From: Actinomycetota bacterium
GTDB taxonomy: Bacteria > Actinomycetota > Actinomycetes > S36-B12 > GCA-2699445
Direction: 5' to 3'
Assembly: GCA_020438795.1 (NCBI GenBank)
Contig: JAGQTY010000003.1
Coordinates: 103,913 to 167,912, forward strand
Length of the DNA stretch: 64,000 nucleotides
Made by a program: the position numbers and the translations under genes. How positions within the stretch are numbered: position 1 is the stretch's first letter; each line of letters begins with the position of its first letter. The notes beneath the pieces were generated by a model. The model had not been told where the DNA came from. It was given only the letters and a program-made list of their open reading frames with translations, and did no database searches. Below are positions 1 to 10,014 of the stretch, one piece after another.

Positions 1-164
1 TCGCCGGACAGCCACTGATGACGCAGCCACTGCGCGAGTCCTACTTCCGGTTCCCCATGCCGTTCGGGGCCCCGGAGGAAGGATTCCCGATGCAGGTGGT
101 GTCGGGCGCCGACAGCGAGGTCAAGGGTGTCTGGTTGTTCAGGCTGGTCCCCAACCAGCCGTGA
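1..164 (+). CDS. 3' end of an unidentified protein-coding gene (partial, runs off the window)
   Basis: Open frame from the window edge with GC-rich third codon positions, ending at TGA 162-164 (...VKGVWLFRLVPNQP*). No family recognised. Confidence 0.3.
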   Translation, partial: AGQPLMTQPLRESYFRFPMPFGAPEEGFPMQVVSGADSEVKGVWLFRLVPNQP

Positions 165-199
165 GCCGGTGGATCACTGCGGGAGCATCGGTCCCTGAC

Positions 200-583
200 T
201 CAGACGTCCAGATCCTCGGCCACGGCACGAAGGACACGTGCCAGTCCCCGGGCGCTCTGATCATCCGGGTACCGTCCTCGCCGCAACTGGTTCGAGGCAT
301 CGTCCAGCGACCTGATCAGGTCTTCCATGATCCCGGCGAGCTGATCGGGGGGTCGGCGCGTCTGCTTGGCCAGCGACGGCGGCAGGTCCTGCACCGTGAC
401 GGACAGGGCCTGCTTGCCCTTGCGCCCTTCAGCCACAGAGAAGTCGACCCTCGTCCCCGGCTTGAGATCATTCGTACCGGGCGGAAGCGCCTTGATGTGC
501 ACGAAGACGTCCTCGCCGCCCTCGGTCGTCAGGAAGCCGTAACCCTTCTCAGCGTCGAACCATCGAACAGACCCTGTCGGCAC
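200..583 (-). CDS. Cold-shock domain protein with a ~60-aa C-terminal extension
   Basis: N-terminus GSVRWFDAEKGYGFL...DVFVHIKAL matches the CSD RNP1/RNP2 motifs. At 127 aa it is the long actinobacterial Csp type. Confidence 0.9.
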   Translation of the reverse strand: MPTGSVRWFDAEKGYGFLTTEGGEDVFVHIKALPPGTNDLKPGTRVDFSVAEGRKGKQALSVTVQDLPPSLAKQTRRPPDQLAGIMEDLIRSLDDASNQLRRGRYPDDQSARGLARVLRAVAEDLDV

Positions 584-648
584 GTCATTTCTCCTTCTGC
601 GAGCGCCCTAATAGGCTATGGGATTGCTTGTACGGGAACAAGACCGGG

Positions 649-1404
649 TCAGCGGCCCTGGGCTGCGACCGCCGCGGCCGCCTCCTTGGCAGCCTCCGGG
701 TCGAGATACTCCCCGCCAGGCACGATCGGTTTCACGTTCGCATCGAGACGATACAGCAGCGGGATTCCCGTCGGGATGTTCAGCGAAGCGATGGCTTCAT
801 CCGAGATCGAGTCGAGGTGCTTCACCAGGGCTCGCAGTGAGTTGCCGTGGGCGGTGACCAGCACGGTCCTGCCGTCGCGCAGGTCGGGCAGAACACCGTC
901 GTACCAGTAGGGCAGCATGCGTTCGACGACATCCTTGAGGCATTCCGTGGCGGGGAGCTGTTCGGGGGCCAGCCGGGCATAGCGGGGATCATCGAACTGC
1001 GCGAACTCACTGTCCCGGCTGATTGGTGGCGGTGGGGTGTCGTAGGAGCGGCGCCACAGCATGAACTGCTCCTCGCCGAACTCCGCAAGGGTCTCCTTCT
1101 TGTTCTTGCCCTGCAGCGCGCCGTAGTGGCGCTCGTTGAGGCGCCAGCTCCTGCGGACCGGCAGCCAGCTGCGATCCGCGGCAGCAAGGGCCAGCTCCGC
1201 GGTCCGTATCGCTCTGGTGAGCACGGAGGTGTGCAGGACGTCTGGGCGCAGCCCTGCCTCGGCGATCATCTCACCGCCACGACGAGCCTCCTGCCGACCC
1301 TTCTCGGTCAGGTTCACATCGACCCATCCGGTGAAGAGGTTCTTCTCGTTCCACTCGCTCTGGCCGTGGCGCAGGAGGATCAGAGTCATCTCATCGGCAC
1401 TCAT
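649..1404 (-). CDS. gpmA: 2,3-bisphosphoglycerate-dependent phosphoglycerate mutase
   Basis: [23 protein letters not shown] (RHG histidine-phosphatase motif) and [11 protein letters not shown]. The start could also be the ATG at 1389. Confidence 0.95.
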   Translation of the reverse strand: MSADEMTLILLRHGQSEWNEKNLFTGWVDVNLTEKGRQEARRGGEMIAEAGLRPDVLHTSVLTRAIRTAELALAAADRSWLPVRRSWRLNERHYGALQGKNKKETLAEFGEEQFMLWRRSYDTPPPPISRDSEFAQFDDPRYARLAPEQLPATECLKDVVERMLPYWYDGVLPDLRDGRTVLVTAHGNSLRALVKHLDSISDEAIASLNIPTGIPLLYRLDANVKPIVPGGEYLDPEAAKEAAAAVAAQGR

Positions 1405-1442
1405 ACCCCCGATTGTGCCTCATCGGGCCGTCCCCGCGCCGG

Positions 1443-1928
1443 TCAGTCCTCCGGGCGGAGGTGTTCGAACGCCGCAAGGTTGAAGGTCGGTTCACCGCGG
1501 GACAGACGCCAGCGCCACTCATCCTCGATGGAGGACCGGAAGCCGAGCTCCAGGATCACGTTGAAGTCACCGTCGGCCCGCAGCAGGATGGCACCCAGCA
1601 ACTGGTCCAGGACCTCGTCGCTCACCGCGATCAGGGGCAGCACTCCCGTCAGGTAGATGTCGCCATGATCGTCCAGACAGTAGGAGACGAAGGGGGTCCG
1701 CCTGTTCTGTTCCAGCAGGAAGCGGAACACCGCTGCCTGATTCTCGTCCGGGCGCCTGGCCACGAAGGCGCTGACCCGAAGTGAGTGCTGGCCGACCCGC
1801 AGCGCCACGGTGGTCTTCAGCTTCCGTTCCCCGGGCAGTTGCACGACCAACGAGCCGTCCGAGGTTCGTTCCACCTCCAGACCCTGTCCCAACAGGTAGG
1901 CGTCGATGATCTGCTCGACCTCACTCAT
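1443..1928 (-). CDS. YbjN-domain protein (conserved hypothetical between mshA and gpmA)
   Basis: Start MSEVEQIIDAYL at ATG 1926-1928, overlapping the mshA stop. The rest of the 289-aa ORF is an out-of-frame overlap with mshA. The position equals that of the mycobacterial gene between mshA and gpm1. Confidence 0.75.
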   Translation of the reverse strand: MSEVEQIIDAYLLGQGLEVERTSDGSLVVQLPGERKLKTTVALRVGQHSLRVSAFVARRPDENQAAVFRFLLEQNRRTPFVSYCLDDHGDIYLTGVLPLIAVSDEVLDQLLGAILLRADGDFNVILELGFRSSIEDEWRWRLSRGEPTFNLAAFEHLRPED

Positions 1929-3309
1929 GTTGCATCCGTTCGCAGGGGCCAGGACCCGCAACGCCGACGGCGCCGAGCGCGGCAGACCCGAGCTGCGGCT
2001 CCTGGCGCGCAGCAGGGTTCCCATGCCAAGCGGGCCGGCTCGCGCATTCGTAGGTGTCGTACAGCGCCGCAGCCGTAGCCTGCCAGCTGAACTGCTCGGC
2101 ATAGGCCCGCGCACCCGATGAGAGCCGCTGGTAGTCGCCTTCGTCCGACAGGAGGCGGTCCATGGCCCGGCCCCAGTGTTCCGGTTGCCGGCCAGCGACA
2201 GTGATGCCACCGACATCATGCTGTGCCGATGTTCGCAGACCTCCCACGTCCGAGACCACCACCGGGGTGCCGCATGCCTGCGACTCGAGCGCGACGATGC
2301 CGAAGGACTCACTGTGCGAGGGCATTGCGGTCAAGCTGGCCGCCCGGTACCACGCGGCCAGTCCCTGCTTGCTCTGCGCCGGCTCGAAGCGGACCGGTAC
2401 CGACGCCCCTCGCGCCTGCGCCAGCAGCCACTCGCTGCCTGTCCCGAGGTCACCGCAGATCACGACCTCGAGGTCGTCACGCCCGGCCCCCCCGACCAGG
2501 GTGTCGGCTGCCCTGATCAGTAGATCCGGGCCCTTCAGCGGCTGGATCCGGCCCACGAACAACAACTGGTGCCGGTCCGGGTTCAGTCCCAGCGCACGCT
2601 TGGCCTCGGCGCGGTGACCGGGACGGAAGTTCGCCAGATCGACACCGGGCGCGACCACGTCGACCCTGGCCATGGACTGTGGCCCGTCGGCCAGCAATGA
2701 GTCCCGCTCGGCATGAGTGTTCACGGTCAGCCGCTGGACCTCACTCAGGAGCCACTGCTCGGTGTCGAGCCGGATCGAGGGTTCGGGTTGCTGTCCCGGG
2801 GCCAGCGCGGCGTTCTTCGCGCGGGCCATGGTGTGTGCGGTGTGGACATGCGGCAGTCGGGGAACCGCCTGGGCGACCGACAGGCCACTGAGCCAGTAAT
2901 GACTGTGGACCAGGTCGTGGCCGGACAGTCGCGCAGCGAGGCCGGCAGAGAACTCCGGCACGAATTCGGGCAGCTGATCCTTGGCTACCTGCTCCAGCGG
3001 CCCAGCCGCCAGGGATTCGACCCGGTAGCCCTCCGGTGTGCGGACCGAGCCCAGTTCGGCCAGCGAACGCGCGCGTGTGAAGACAGTGACCTCGACCCCG
3101 GCCCTGACGAGTTGGGCCGCAGTCTCGTGGACATACACATTGAGCCCACCCGCATCGCCGACGCCGGGTGGATCCAGCGGCGAGGTGTGCATCGAGACGA
3201 CAGCGAGTCTGAGCACCACCGCAGCTCCATCCACCGTCCGGGTCGCGTTGCGACCAAGCGTATCGAGATCGTCACTGGAATCTCGTCGGAAATGAACGCT
3301 GGCTGGCAC
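1921..3309 (-). CDS. mshA: D-inositol-3-phosphate glycosyltransferase (mycothiol biosynthesis, GT4)
   Basis: AVVSMHTSPLDPPGVGDAGGLNVYV is an N-terminus typical of MshA, and the C-terminal half is GT4-like (EPSESFGIVALESQACGTPVV). The true start may be GTG at 3219 or 3216, which has a GGAG upstream. Confidence 0.9.
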   Translation of the reverse strand: MPASVHFRRDSSDDLDTLGRNATRTVDGAAVVLRLAVVSMHTSPLDPPGVGDAGGLNVYVHETAAQLVRAGVEVTVFTRARSLAELGSVRTPEGYRVESLAAGPLEQVAKDQLPEFVPEFSAGLAARLSGHDLVHSHYWLSGLSVAQAVPRLPHVHTAHTMARAKNAALAPGQQPEPSIRLDTEQWLLSEVQRLTVNTHAERDSLLADGPQSMARVDVVAPGVDLANFRPGHRAEAKRALGLNPDRHQLLFVGRIQPLKGPDLLIRAADTLVGGAGRDDLEVVICGDLGTGSEWLLAQARGASVPVRFEPAQSKQGLAAWYRAASLTAMPSHSESFGIVALESQACGTPVVVSDVGGLRTSAQHDVGGITVAGRQPEHWGRAMDRLLSDEGDYQRLSSGARAYAEQFSWQATAAALYDTYECASRPAWHGNPAARQEPQLGSAALGAVGVAGPGPCERMQHE

Positions 3310-3330
3310 CCGCGCATTCCCCGCCCCCGG

Positions 3331-4035
3331 TCAGCTCCTGGCAGTGCCCCCGAGCATCGGGACCTCACTGACCGCCGCCTCGACATCGACGGCGGCGTAG
3401 GGCTCACCGGTGACGATGTGGATGATGCGTTTGCTGATGGTGACTGCGTGATCAGCGAACCGTTCGTAGTAGCGGGAGAGCAGGGTGACGTCAATGGCGG
3501 CCTCCACGCCGTGATGCCAATTGGGAGACAGCACGATCGTGAACAGCTGCCGGTGCAGCCGATCCATCTCGTCGTCGTAGTCGAGGACCGAGCCCACAGT
3601 ATGCAGATCGCGTGATGCGATGAGCGTGCCCGCCTGGCTGACGATGGCTTCGGCCAGGCCGCCCATCTGGGCGAAGGTGCCGCGCAGTTCCTGCGGGATG
3701 GAGGGGCGCGGATACCGCAACCTCGCCTGCTTGGCGACGTGGACCGCCAGGTCACCCATCCGCTCCACCGACATCGAGATCCGGAAGCCGCTCATGATGG
3801 TGCGCAACTCGGTGGCTACCGGGTGCTGCCGGGCCGCCAATTCCATGTAGCGCTCGTCCACCTCCGCCGACAGCTCGTCGATGAGCTCATCGTTCTTGAT
3901 CACAGTCTCGGCCATGCCCAGATCGGCATCGAGGAGCGACTGTGTGGCCTGGTTGATCGAGGTACCGACCAGCTTGGTCATATGTACCAGGTCATCGGTC
4001 ACTGCGAGCAGTTGCTCGTGATACGAATCTCTCAT
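3331..4035 (-). CDS. phoU: Phosphate signalling complex protein PhoU
   Basis: Two PhoU repeats (DELIDELSAEVDERYMELAARQHPVA...; DDEMDRLHRQLF...RYYERFADHAV). ATG 4035 is preceded by AGGAG. The gene is divergent from the senX3/regX3 pair. Confidence 0.9.
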   Translation of the reverse strand: MRDSYHEQLLAVTDDLVHMTKLVGTSINQATQSLLDADLGMAETVIKNDELIDELSAEVDERYMELAARQHPVATELRTIMSGFRISMSVERMGDLAVHVAKQARLRYPRPSIPQELRGTFAQMGGLAEAIVSQAGTLIASRDLHTVGSVLDYDDEMDRLHRQLFTIVLSPNWHHGVEAAIDVTLLSRYYERFADHAVTISKRIIHIVTGEPYAAVDVEAAVSEVPMLGGTARS

Positions 4036-4109
4036 CGGCTCCTGCACCGTTCCCGCGTCGGACTCACCCAGAGTATTGGGACCGCGGGGCCATCCCGCTG
4101 CTGCTTCCT

Positions 4110-4122
4110 TAACCCAAGGTTA
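4110..4122. promoter_or_regulatory. AT-rich palindrome TAACC-CAA-GGTTA followed by tandem TTACGC TTACGC, in the phoU/senX3 divergent promoter region
   Basis: Read directly from the sequence. It is the only AT-rich symmetric element in the 181-bp divergent intergenic region. Function is not demonstrated. Confidence 0.25.
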
Positions 4123-4216
4123 CGCTTACGCGAAGAGTGGGCGACCGCACTCGAACAGTAGGTGGACAGTCCTCGGTGTAGCCCGCGACCGGGATGGCGT
4201 GCCCGAAATTCCGCGT

Positions 4217-5458
4217 ATGGTCGGTTATGTGAGCTGGCTGATTCTGATCGTCGTCGCGGTCGTGGCTGCCGTGATCGCCTACCTGCTGGGTCGCCGTTCG
4301 GGCGTCCGGGCTCAGGAGACGGTCTCGGAACAGCACGAGGGTGACAGTGTCGACACCGGGATCAGCGAGAGGGATTTTCTGAACCTCGTGGGCCAGTTGC
4401 CCGGCAGCGTCGTACTGCTCAACAGCAATGGCGTTCTGAAAGCGAGCCAGTCGGCTCAGGAGTCCGGGGTTCTGCGCCGGGGCCAGGTACTTCCGGAGGA
4501 ACTGGTGAGTATCGGCCGGATGTGTGTGGCCGATCAGGTCATGTCCACCAGCGACATCACCATCCGCCGCATTCCGCACCGCAAGGCGGACTGGGACCTG
4601 CGGGTGACCGCGCTGCCGGTCGGTGCAGAATCGGCACTGCTGCTGCTCGACGACCTCACTGCAGAGCATCGCCTCCACGCCGTACGGCGTGACTTCGTGG
4701 CGAACGTGAGCCATGAGCTGAAGACCCCCGTCGGGGCGATGGCGCTGCTTGCCGAAGCGATCGTGGCAGCCAAGGACGAACCCGACACGGTGGCTCAGTT
4801 CGCCAGCTCGCTGCAGTCGGAGACCCGGCGCCTGACCCGGCTCATCAACGACGTGATCGATCTGTCCCGGCTGCAGGGGGAGGACCCACTGCTGGACCCC
4901 CAGGAGGTGCCTGTCGAGACGCTCACGGCGGGCGCCATCGCAGCGGTGCAGTCCCACGCCAGGGCCAAGGGCATCCGGATCGTCACCTCCGTGGCCCACA
5001 CCTGGGTCCGCGGCGATCCGGAGCAGCTCGAGATCGCGATCAGCAACCTGCTCACGAACGCCATCGCGTACAGCGACGATGCGACGACGGTGGCCATCGT
5101 GGCAAGGCTCACCGAGGATGCGGTCGAGATCGACGTCAAGGATCAGGGCATCGGGATCCCGGAGAACGAACTCGACCGCGTCTTCGAACGGTTCTACAGG
5201 GTCGACGAGGCCCGAAGCCGCGTCACGGGCGGCACAGGACTGGGTCTGGCGATTGTGCGGAACGTCTGCGAGAACCATGGTGGTGAGGCGACGGCGTGGT
5301 CGGTGCTCGGCGAGGGGTCCACCTTCCGCATCCGGCTGCCGAGGCTCACCGGGCCGCCACCGGAGCAGGACGAGCACGACCAGGCAGACCCCGCCGGGGA
5401 GAACCGGATCTGGACCCGGCCCACTGCAGACACCGACGAGCTACAGGAGACGGCGTGA
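4217..5458 (+). CDS. senX3: Phosphate-responsive sensor histidine kinase (SenX3 / PhoR-type)
   Basis: N-terminal TM helix (WLILIVVAVVAAVIAYLL), H-box FVANVSHELKTPVGA, N box LLTNAIAYS, G boxes DQGIGIP and GGTGLGLAIV. The stop overlaps the regX3 GTG (GTGA at 5455-5458). Confidence 0.85.
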   Translation: MVGYVSWLILIVVAVVAAVIAYLLGRRSGVRAQETVSEQHEGDSVDTGISERDFLNLVGQLPGSVVLLNSNGVLKASQSAQESGVLRRGQVLPEELVSIGRMCVADQVMSTSDITIRRIPHRKADWDLRVTALPVGAESALLLLDDLTAEHRLHAVRRDFVANVSHELKTPVGAMALLAEAIVAAKDEPDTVAQFASSLQSETRRLTRLINDVIDLSRLQGEDPLLDPQEVPVETLTAGAIAAVQSHARAKGIRIVTSVAHTWVRGDPEQLEIAISNLLTNAIAYSDDATTVAIVARLTEDAVEIDVKDQGIGIPENELDRVFERFYRVDEARSRVTGGTGLGLAIVRNVCENHGGEATAWSVLGEGSTFRIRLPRLTGPPPEQDEHDQADPAGENRIWTRPTADTDELQETA

Positions 5459-6138
5459 CGAAGATACTGGTGGTCGAGGATGAGGCATCCTTCCGGGACG
5501 CGCTCAGCTTCATGCTCCGCAAGGAGGGATATGAGGTGGAACTCGCCGAGGACGGTGTCGCTGCCGTGGAGACCTACGAACGCACGTCGCCCGATCTGAT
5601 CCTGCTCGACCTGATGCTGCCGGGCATCTCCGGCACCGAGGCGTGCCGCCAGATCCGGCAACGCTCGAACGTCCCAATCATCATGGTCACCGCCAAGGAC
5701 ACCGAGATCGACAAGGTGGTGGGCCTCGAACTCGGTGCCGACGACTACGTCACCAAGCCCTTCTCCGCCCGGGAGCTCGTCGCGCGGATCCGCGCGGTGC
5801 TGCGACGCGGCGTGGAGGACCAGGACGAGCTCAGCAGTGCCATCGTGGAGTGCGGCCCGGTCAGGATGGATGTTGATCGTCACGTCGTGGCGATCAACGG
5901 GGTGGAGGCCTCGCTCCCGCTCAAGGAGTTCGACCTCCTGGAACTGCTGCTGCGCAATCCGGGACGCGTGATGACCCGGACCCAGTTGATCGACCGGGTC
6001 TGGGGTGCGGACTACGTGGGCGACACCAAGACCCTGGATGTGCACATCAAGAGGCTTCGTTCCAAGATCGAGCCCGATCCGGGGCAGCCGCGCCTGTTGC
6101 TCACGGTTCGCGGGCTCGGCTACAAGTTCGACCCCTGA
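5455..6138 (+). CDS. regX3: OmpR/PhoB-family response regulator (RegX3 / PhoP-type)
   Basis: REC motifs (ILVVEDE, LILLDLMLPGISG, MVTAKD, YVTKPF) plus a winged helix (LDVHIKRLRSKIE, LLTVRGLGYKF). Confidence 0.9.
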   Translation: MTKILVVEDEASFRDALSFMLRKEGYEVELAEDGVAAVETYERTSPDLILLDLMLPGISGTEACRQIRQRSNVPIIMVTAKDTEIDKVVGLELGADDYVTKPFSARELVARIRAVLRRGVEDQDELSSAIVECGPVRMDVDRHVVAINGVEASLPLKEFDLLELLLRNPGRVMTRTQLIDRVWGADYVGDTKTLDVHIKRLRSKIEPDPGQPRLLLTVRGLGYKFDP

Positions 6139-6154
6139 TCGTCACCAACCAGGC

Positions 6155-6802
6155 TCACTCCTGGGTGCCGAACTCCTCATTGTCGGTGGCGACCTTGTCG
6201 GTGGCGGTGGTCTCCTCACCGGTGACCTCGTCGGGCAGCTCGGAGAGGATCCCTTCGGGCTTGGTTCCCGCGGGGGCTGCCTCGAAGTAGTAGCCGCCCG
6301 GAGGGACCACGAGCGCCTGGAAGTTCATCTCGGCAGCATTCTTGTAGCGCACGGTCACCGGGACGTAGGAGCTGCGCGTCACGTTGAAGTCGCTGAACTC
6401 GGCGGTCGTCTCGCGTCCGGTCTGGACAGCCGTCGCGAGCCCGTCCACGAGCTGGATCTCGGTCATATCAGCCTCGACTCCGTTGGCCGTGATCGACTCG
6501 ACCTGGTCGGTGTCCTGGGCGGAGTTGAGGAAAGTACCCAGGAATGCCGCCTTCCCGCTGTCGGGGTTGCCGGCGACGATCGTGGCGTTGAGCAATGACA
6601 TCAGACCGGAGGGATCGTAGACGTCCGTACCGTTGTTCTGCAGCTGTGTCTCCTCAGTGACACAGCCGGCCAGCAGCAGCGGAGCCGACAGGCCCAGCAC
6701 GACTGCGGCCGACTTCAAACGAGACTGTCCAAGCACCACAAGCTCCTGTCGTCGCACAACCAGAGGCATTCCTCGAACGCAGCCTAGCGTTCTGCGACTC
6801 AC
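6155..6802 (-). CDS. Putative lipoprotein, function unknown
   Basis: Signal peptide with lipobox LLLAGC, then a Thr/Glu-rich acidic C-terminus. The start is uncertain (alternative ATG at 6769). Confidence 0.55.
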   Translation of the reverse strand: MSRRTLGCVRGMPLVVRRQELVVLGQSRLKSAAVVLGLSAPLLLAGCVTEETQLQNNGTDVYDPSGLMSLLNATIVAGNPDSGKAAFLGTFLNSAQDTDQVESITANGVEADMTEIQLVDGLATAVQTGRETTAEFSDFNVTRSSYVPVTVRYKNAAEMNFQALVVPPGGYYFEAAPAGTKPEGILSELPDEVTGEETTATDKVATDNEEFGTQE

Positions 6803-6880
6803 GGTGCGATGTTTAGCGGCATTTCGAGTGTCGCCCGGGACTCCGCGCAGCGAATCCTCGAGAGGGTGAACTGCCTCCTG

Positions 6881-7528
6881 CTACCCGAAGGCTCCGTCCG
6901 GGGCGGGCAGGGACGATTCCGGGGCTTCGTCCATGTGCAGAATGGTCCCGTCGGCCGCGACCAGATAGGTCCGCGTCCTCGCCGTCGCGAGCGGCGCCAG
7001 AACACCGTCGGGGTCCTCCAGTACCGTCACGCCGACCACAGGACCGCCTGGTCCCAGGTTGAGGATCGGCACTTCGAGGGTCGACACTCGCGCAGCGGCG
7101 GCATCGACCTGCGCCCGACAGGACCCACACTGCTGGCCCGAGATGATCAGGACCGCAGGACGCAGGTCCGCAGTGTCACGACGCTCGCCCCCGACGAGGA
7201 CCTGCCCGTCGGGTAGCAGTCCCCCGACCAGCCCGGGCGCCTCGACCGGCGAGGGATTGCGCAGGGGCCGGCCGGGCGGACCGAATGCGTTGGCAAGAAG
7301 GGCCAGCAGGATGCAGCCGACCACGACCACGACACCCACGGCGAAGCCTCGGAGCCTGAGGCTGAGCCGCCCGTCCGGCTCACGGTAGCCGGTCCCGAAT
7401 CGCACCGGTCTCGGCCCAGGGCGGCGCCGCGCCTGCTGGGCTTCCTCCCTGAGGACCTGCCAGCGCAGGTCATCGAGGTCGGAGGCATCATCAGGGACAG
7501 GCGGGCCGGGCGGACCCTCAGTCTCCAT
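6881..7528 (-). CDS. Membrane-anchored protein with a CxxC motif (thioredoxin-like?)
   Basis: Start METEGPP at 7528. It has one TM helix (FAVGVVVVVGCILLALLA) and the motif LIISGQQCGSCRAQ. No firm family assignment. Confidence 0.5.
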   Translation of the reverse strand: METEGPPGPPVPDDASDLDDLRWQVLREEAQQARRRPGPRPVRFGTGYREPDGRLSLRLRGFAVGVVVVVGCILLALLANAFGPPGRPLRNPSPVEAPGLVGGLLPDGQVLVGGERRDTADLRPAVLIISGQQCGSCRAQVDAAAARVSTLEVPILNLGPGGPVVGVTVLEDPDGVLAPLATARTRTYLVAADGTILHMDEAPESSLPAPDGAFG

Positions 7529-7713
7529 GGAACCTCCTGCAATGCATGCGGGCACCAGAGGCGCCGGCTACAGGCAGGCCAGAGGTCGCCTTACGCGAGC
7601 CGGGCCACGCCCCTGCTCTGCATTGTGCTCCCAAGCACAGCCCTACAAAAGTTGGCCCGGAGTCCACCGGTCCCCGCGTGCTAAACTGAGGCATCAGGAA
7701 GGGGCATGCTCAT

Positions 7714-8196
7714 ATGACGTTTCAGGTAGGCGACACCGTCGTGTATCCGCACCACGGTGCAGCTCAGATCGACGCCATTGAACGCAAGACTGTGGAGGGT
7801 GAGCCCAAGGAGATCCTGGTACTGCGAGTGCAGCAGGGCGATCTCACCGTCCGGGTGCCCGCTGAGAATGTGGACCTCGTCGGAGTCCGCGATGTCGTGA
7901 GTTCCGACGGGCTCGACCGGGTCTTCGACGTGCTGCGTCAGCCATACATCGAAGAACCCACCAACTGGTCCCGCCGCTACAAGGCGAACATGGAGAAGCT
8001 GAGCTCAGGTGACGTGCTCAAGGTCGCCGAGATCATCCGGGATCTGTGGCGCCGTGAGCAGGATCGTGGCCTGTCCGCCGGCGAGAAGCGACTGCTGGCC
8101 AAGGCGCGTGGCGTGCTCATTAGTGAGATTGCGCTTGCGGAAACCACCAGCGAGGACAAAGCTGAGCAATTACTGGATGAGGTTCTCTCCTCATAG
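7714..8196 (+). CDS. carD: RNA polymerase-binding transcription factor CarD
   Basis: [19 protein letters not shown]...ILVLRV matches the CarD/CdnL N-terminal Tudor-like domain. The protein is 160 aa. Upstream lie TTGGCC...TAAACT promoter-like hexamers and a GGAAGGGG RBS. Confidence 0.95.
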   Translation: MTFQVGDTVVYPHHGAAQIDAIERKTVEGEPKEILVLRVQQGDLTVRVPAENVDLVGVRDVVSSDGLDRVFDVLRQPYIEEPTNWSRRYKANMEKLSSGDVLKVAEIIRDLWRREQDRGLSAGEKRLLAKARGVLISEIALAETTSEDKAEQLLDEVLSS

Positions 8197-8227
8197 CACT
8201 CACCTCTCCAGGTGGAGGTGATCCCCC

Positions 8228-9319
8228 GTGGGGCTGAAACGCCGCGCGAGCACTGGCAACACCGTTGTTGTCGAAGTGCTTCGGATCATCATCGTCTTCT
8301 TCGGAGGTGCGCTGGGCTTCAAGATCGCAGCCCTGGCCACGAACGAGAGCCCCGACCCCGTGCTGGGTTCGCTGTCCGCGTCCATGATCGGCCTGGTCAT
8401 CGGAGCCGGGCTCGGCTACTCCTTCGGCGGCGTGATCGCACGGATGCTCGTCCGCGCCATGGACGAATCCGACAGTGCACTGGACTCCGTCACCCCTGAG
8501 GAACTGGTCGCGGGCTCTGTGGGCGCCTTCGGCGGTGCCCTGCTCGCCACCGTGGTGGGCTGGCCCATCTTCCTGCTCGTCGATCCCGCCATCGCCGCCA
8601 CCATCTTCCTGTTCTGGGTCGTTGTGGTCGCCGCTTTCAGCTTCCGAGTGGCAAGTCGACGCAAGAACACGGTCATCGCATCCCTCGGCTCGAAGACCGG
8701 CGCGGGCTCCACCCTGCCCAGCGCGTCACGCCTCATCGATTCCTCGGTCGCCATCGACGGCCGGATCGTGGACGTTGTCAAGGCGGGCTTCGCGCTGGGC
8801 CGGATCGTCGCCTGCCAGCCTGTACTCGATGAGTTGCAGGTGCTTGCCGACTCTGCCGACCAGCGCCGCCGTGGCAAGGGCCGCAAAGGGCTGGAGACGC
8901 TTGAGGAGCTGAAACGGCTGCCTGGCATCGATCTGGTCGTGGTCGAGGACTCCGCGCCCGATCTCGATGAGGTCGATGCCAAGCTTGTTCGTATTGCGCA
9001 GCAGCAGCGACTCACGATCCTCACCAACGACGCTCCCCTGGCCCGGATCGCACAGATCTCAGGGGTGCCGGTGCAGAACCTCAACCGGCTCGCGGTCGCC
9101 CTGCGACCACCGGTAGCAGCAGGTGACGCCATCGAGGTCCGCCTCATCAGGGAGGGCAAGGAGCACGGCCAGGCGGTCGGCTACCTCGACGATGGCACCA
9201 TGGTGGTGGCCGACAACTGTGTCGACCTGATCGGTCGGACCATCCACGTGGAGGTGGCCAGCGTGCTCACAACCAGCAACGGGCGGATGCTGTTCGTCCG
9301 CAGGACGGAGGAGTCATGA
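8228..9319 (+). CDS. Integral-membrane PIN/TRAM domain protein (YacL-like)
   Basis: Four N-terminal TM helices, a PIN-like core (LIDSSVAIDGRIVDV...LTNDAPLARIA) and a C-terminal TRAM-like beta domain (EVRLIREGKEHGQAVGYLDDGTMVVV). GTG start. Confidence 0.8.
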   Translation: MGLKRRASTGNTVVVEVLRIIIVFFGGALGFKIAALATNESPDPVLGSLSASMIGLVIGAGLGYSFGGVIARMLVRAMDESDSALDSVTPEELVAGSVGAFGGALLATVVGWPIFLLVDPAIAATIFLFWVVVVAAFSFRVASRRKNTVIASLGSKTGAGSTLPSASRLIDSSVAIDGRIVDVVKAGFALGRIVACQPVLDELQVLADSADQRRRGKGRKGLETLEELKRLPGIDLVVVEDSAPDLDEVDAKLVRIAQQQRLTILTNDAPLARIAQISGVPVQNLNRLAVALRPPVAAGDAIEVRLIREGKEHGQAVGYLDDGTMVVADNCVDLIGRTIHVEVASVLTTSNGRMLFVRRTEES

Positions 9320-10014
9320 CGGTCGTCGGTTGCGTGATCCCCGCGGCCGGACGCGGTGAGCGGCTCGGCGGCCCACTGCCCAAGGCCCTGCGCACGCTGC
9401 GCGGCATGACCCTGCTCGAGCACTCCTTGCGCGCGATCTCCGCTGAGCGTGATGTCGCAGAGATCGTGGTCGCAGCGCCGGTTGACTATGTCGCGGAGAT
9501 ACGGGCGGTGGCCGACTCGAGCGCAGTCAGTGCGACGATCCGGGTGGTCCCCGGGGGGGCGGAACGCACGGATTCGGTCCGGCGTGGCATCGCGGCGCTG
9601 CGATCGGACCCGGACGTCATCCTCGTCCATGACGCGGCTCGTCCCCTGGTGCCGTTGGAGGTCACCAGACGAGTGATCGCCGCTTGTGAGGGAGGGGCTC
9701 CCGCAGTCGTTCCTGGTGTGCCGGTCACCGACACCGTCAAGCAGGTCGATGAGGCCGGCCGGGTCGTGAGGACCGTCCCGAGGAGCGACCTGCGCGCGAT
9801 CCAGACCCCGCAGGGTTTCCATGCCGAGGTACTGGCCAAGGCACTCGAGATCAGCAGCGAAACAGCAACGGATGATGCCTCGCTGGTGGAGCAACTGGGC
9901 GTACCTGTGCTGGTCGTGCCCGGCCACCACGATGCCCTCAAGGTCACCCGACCACACGATCTCATGACCGCTGAGGCTATCCTGCGCAAGCGTCAGGTGG
10001 ATCATGTTCGCTGA
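9316..10014 (+). CDS. ispD: 2-C-methyl-D-erythritol 4-phosphate cytidylyltransferase
   Basis: [12 protein letters not shown] nucleotide-binding loop, VLVHDAARP and QTPQGF motifs. ATGA overlap with the upstream gene. Confidence 0.9.
   Translation: MTVVGCVIPAAGRGERLGGPLPKALRTLRGMTLLEHSLRAISAERDVAEIVVAAPVDYVAEIRAVADSSAVSATIRVVPGGAERTDSVRRGIAALRSDPDVILVHDAARPLVPLEVTRRVIAACEGGAPAVVPGVPVTDTVKQVDEAGRVVRTVPRSDLRAIQTPQGFHAEVLAKALEISSETATDDASLVEQLGVPVLVVPGHHDALKVTRPHDLMTAEAILRKRQVDHVR

Noticed and set aside
1929-2312. The long 5' extension of the YbjN-like ORF (289 aa). The same applies to the 5' extensions at 25829-26236, 39240-39641, 31936-32052 and 33358-33399.
   Set aside because: The extensions overlap neighbouring genes on the same or opposite strand and translate to Arg/Ser/Pro-rich sequence that does not look like protein. 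Internal starts give family-typical N-termini and coupled start/stop overlaps.
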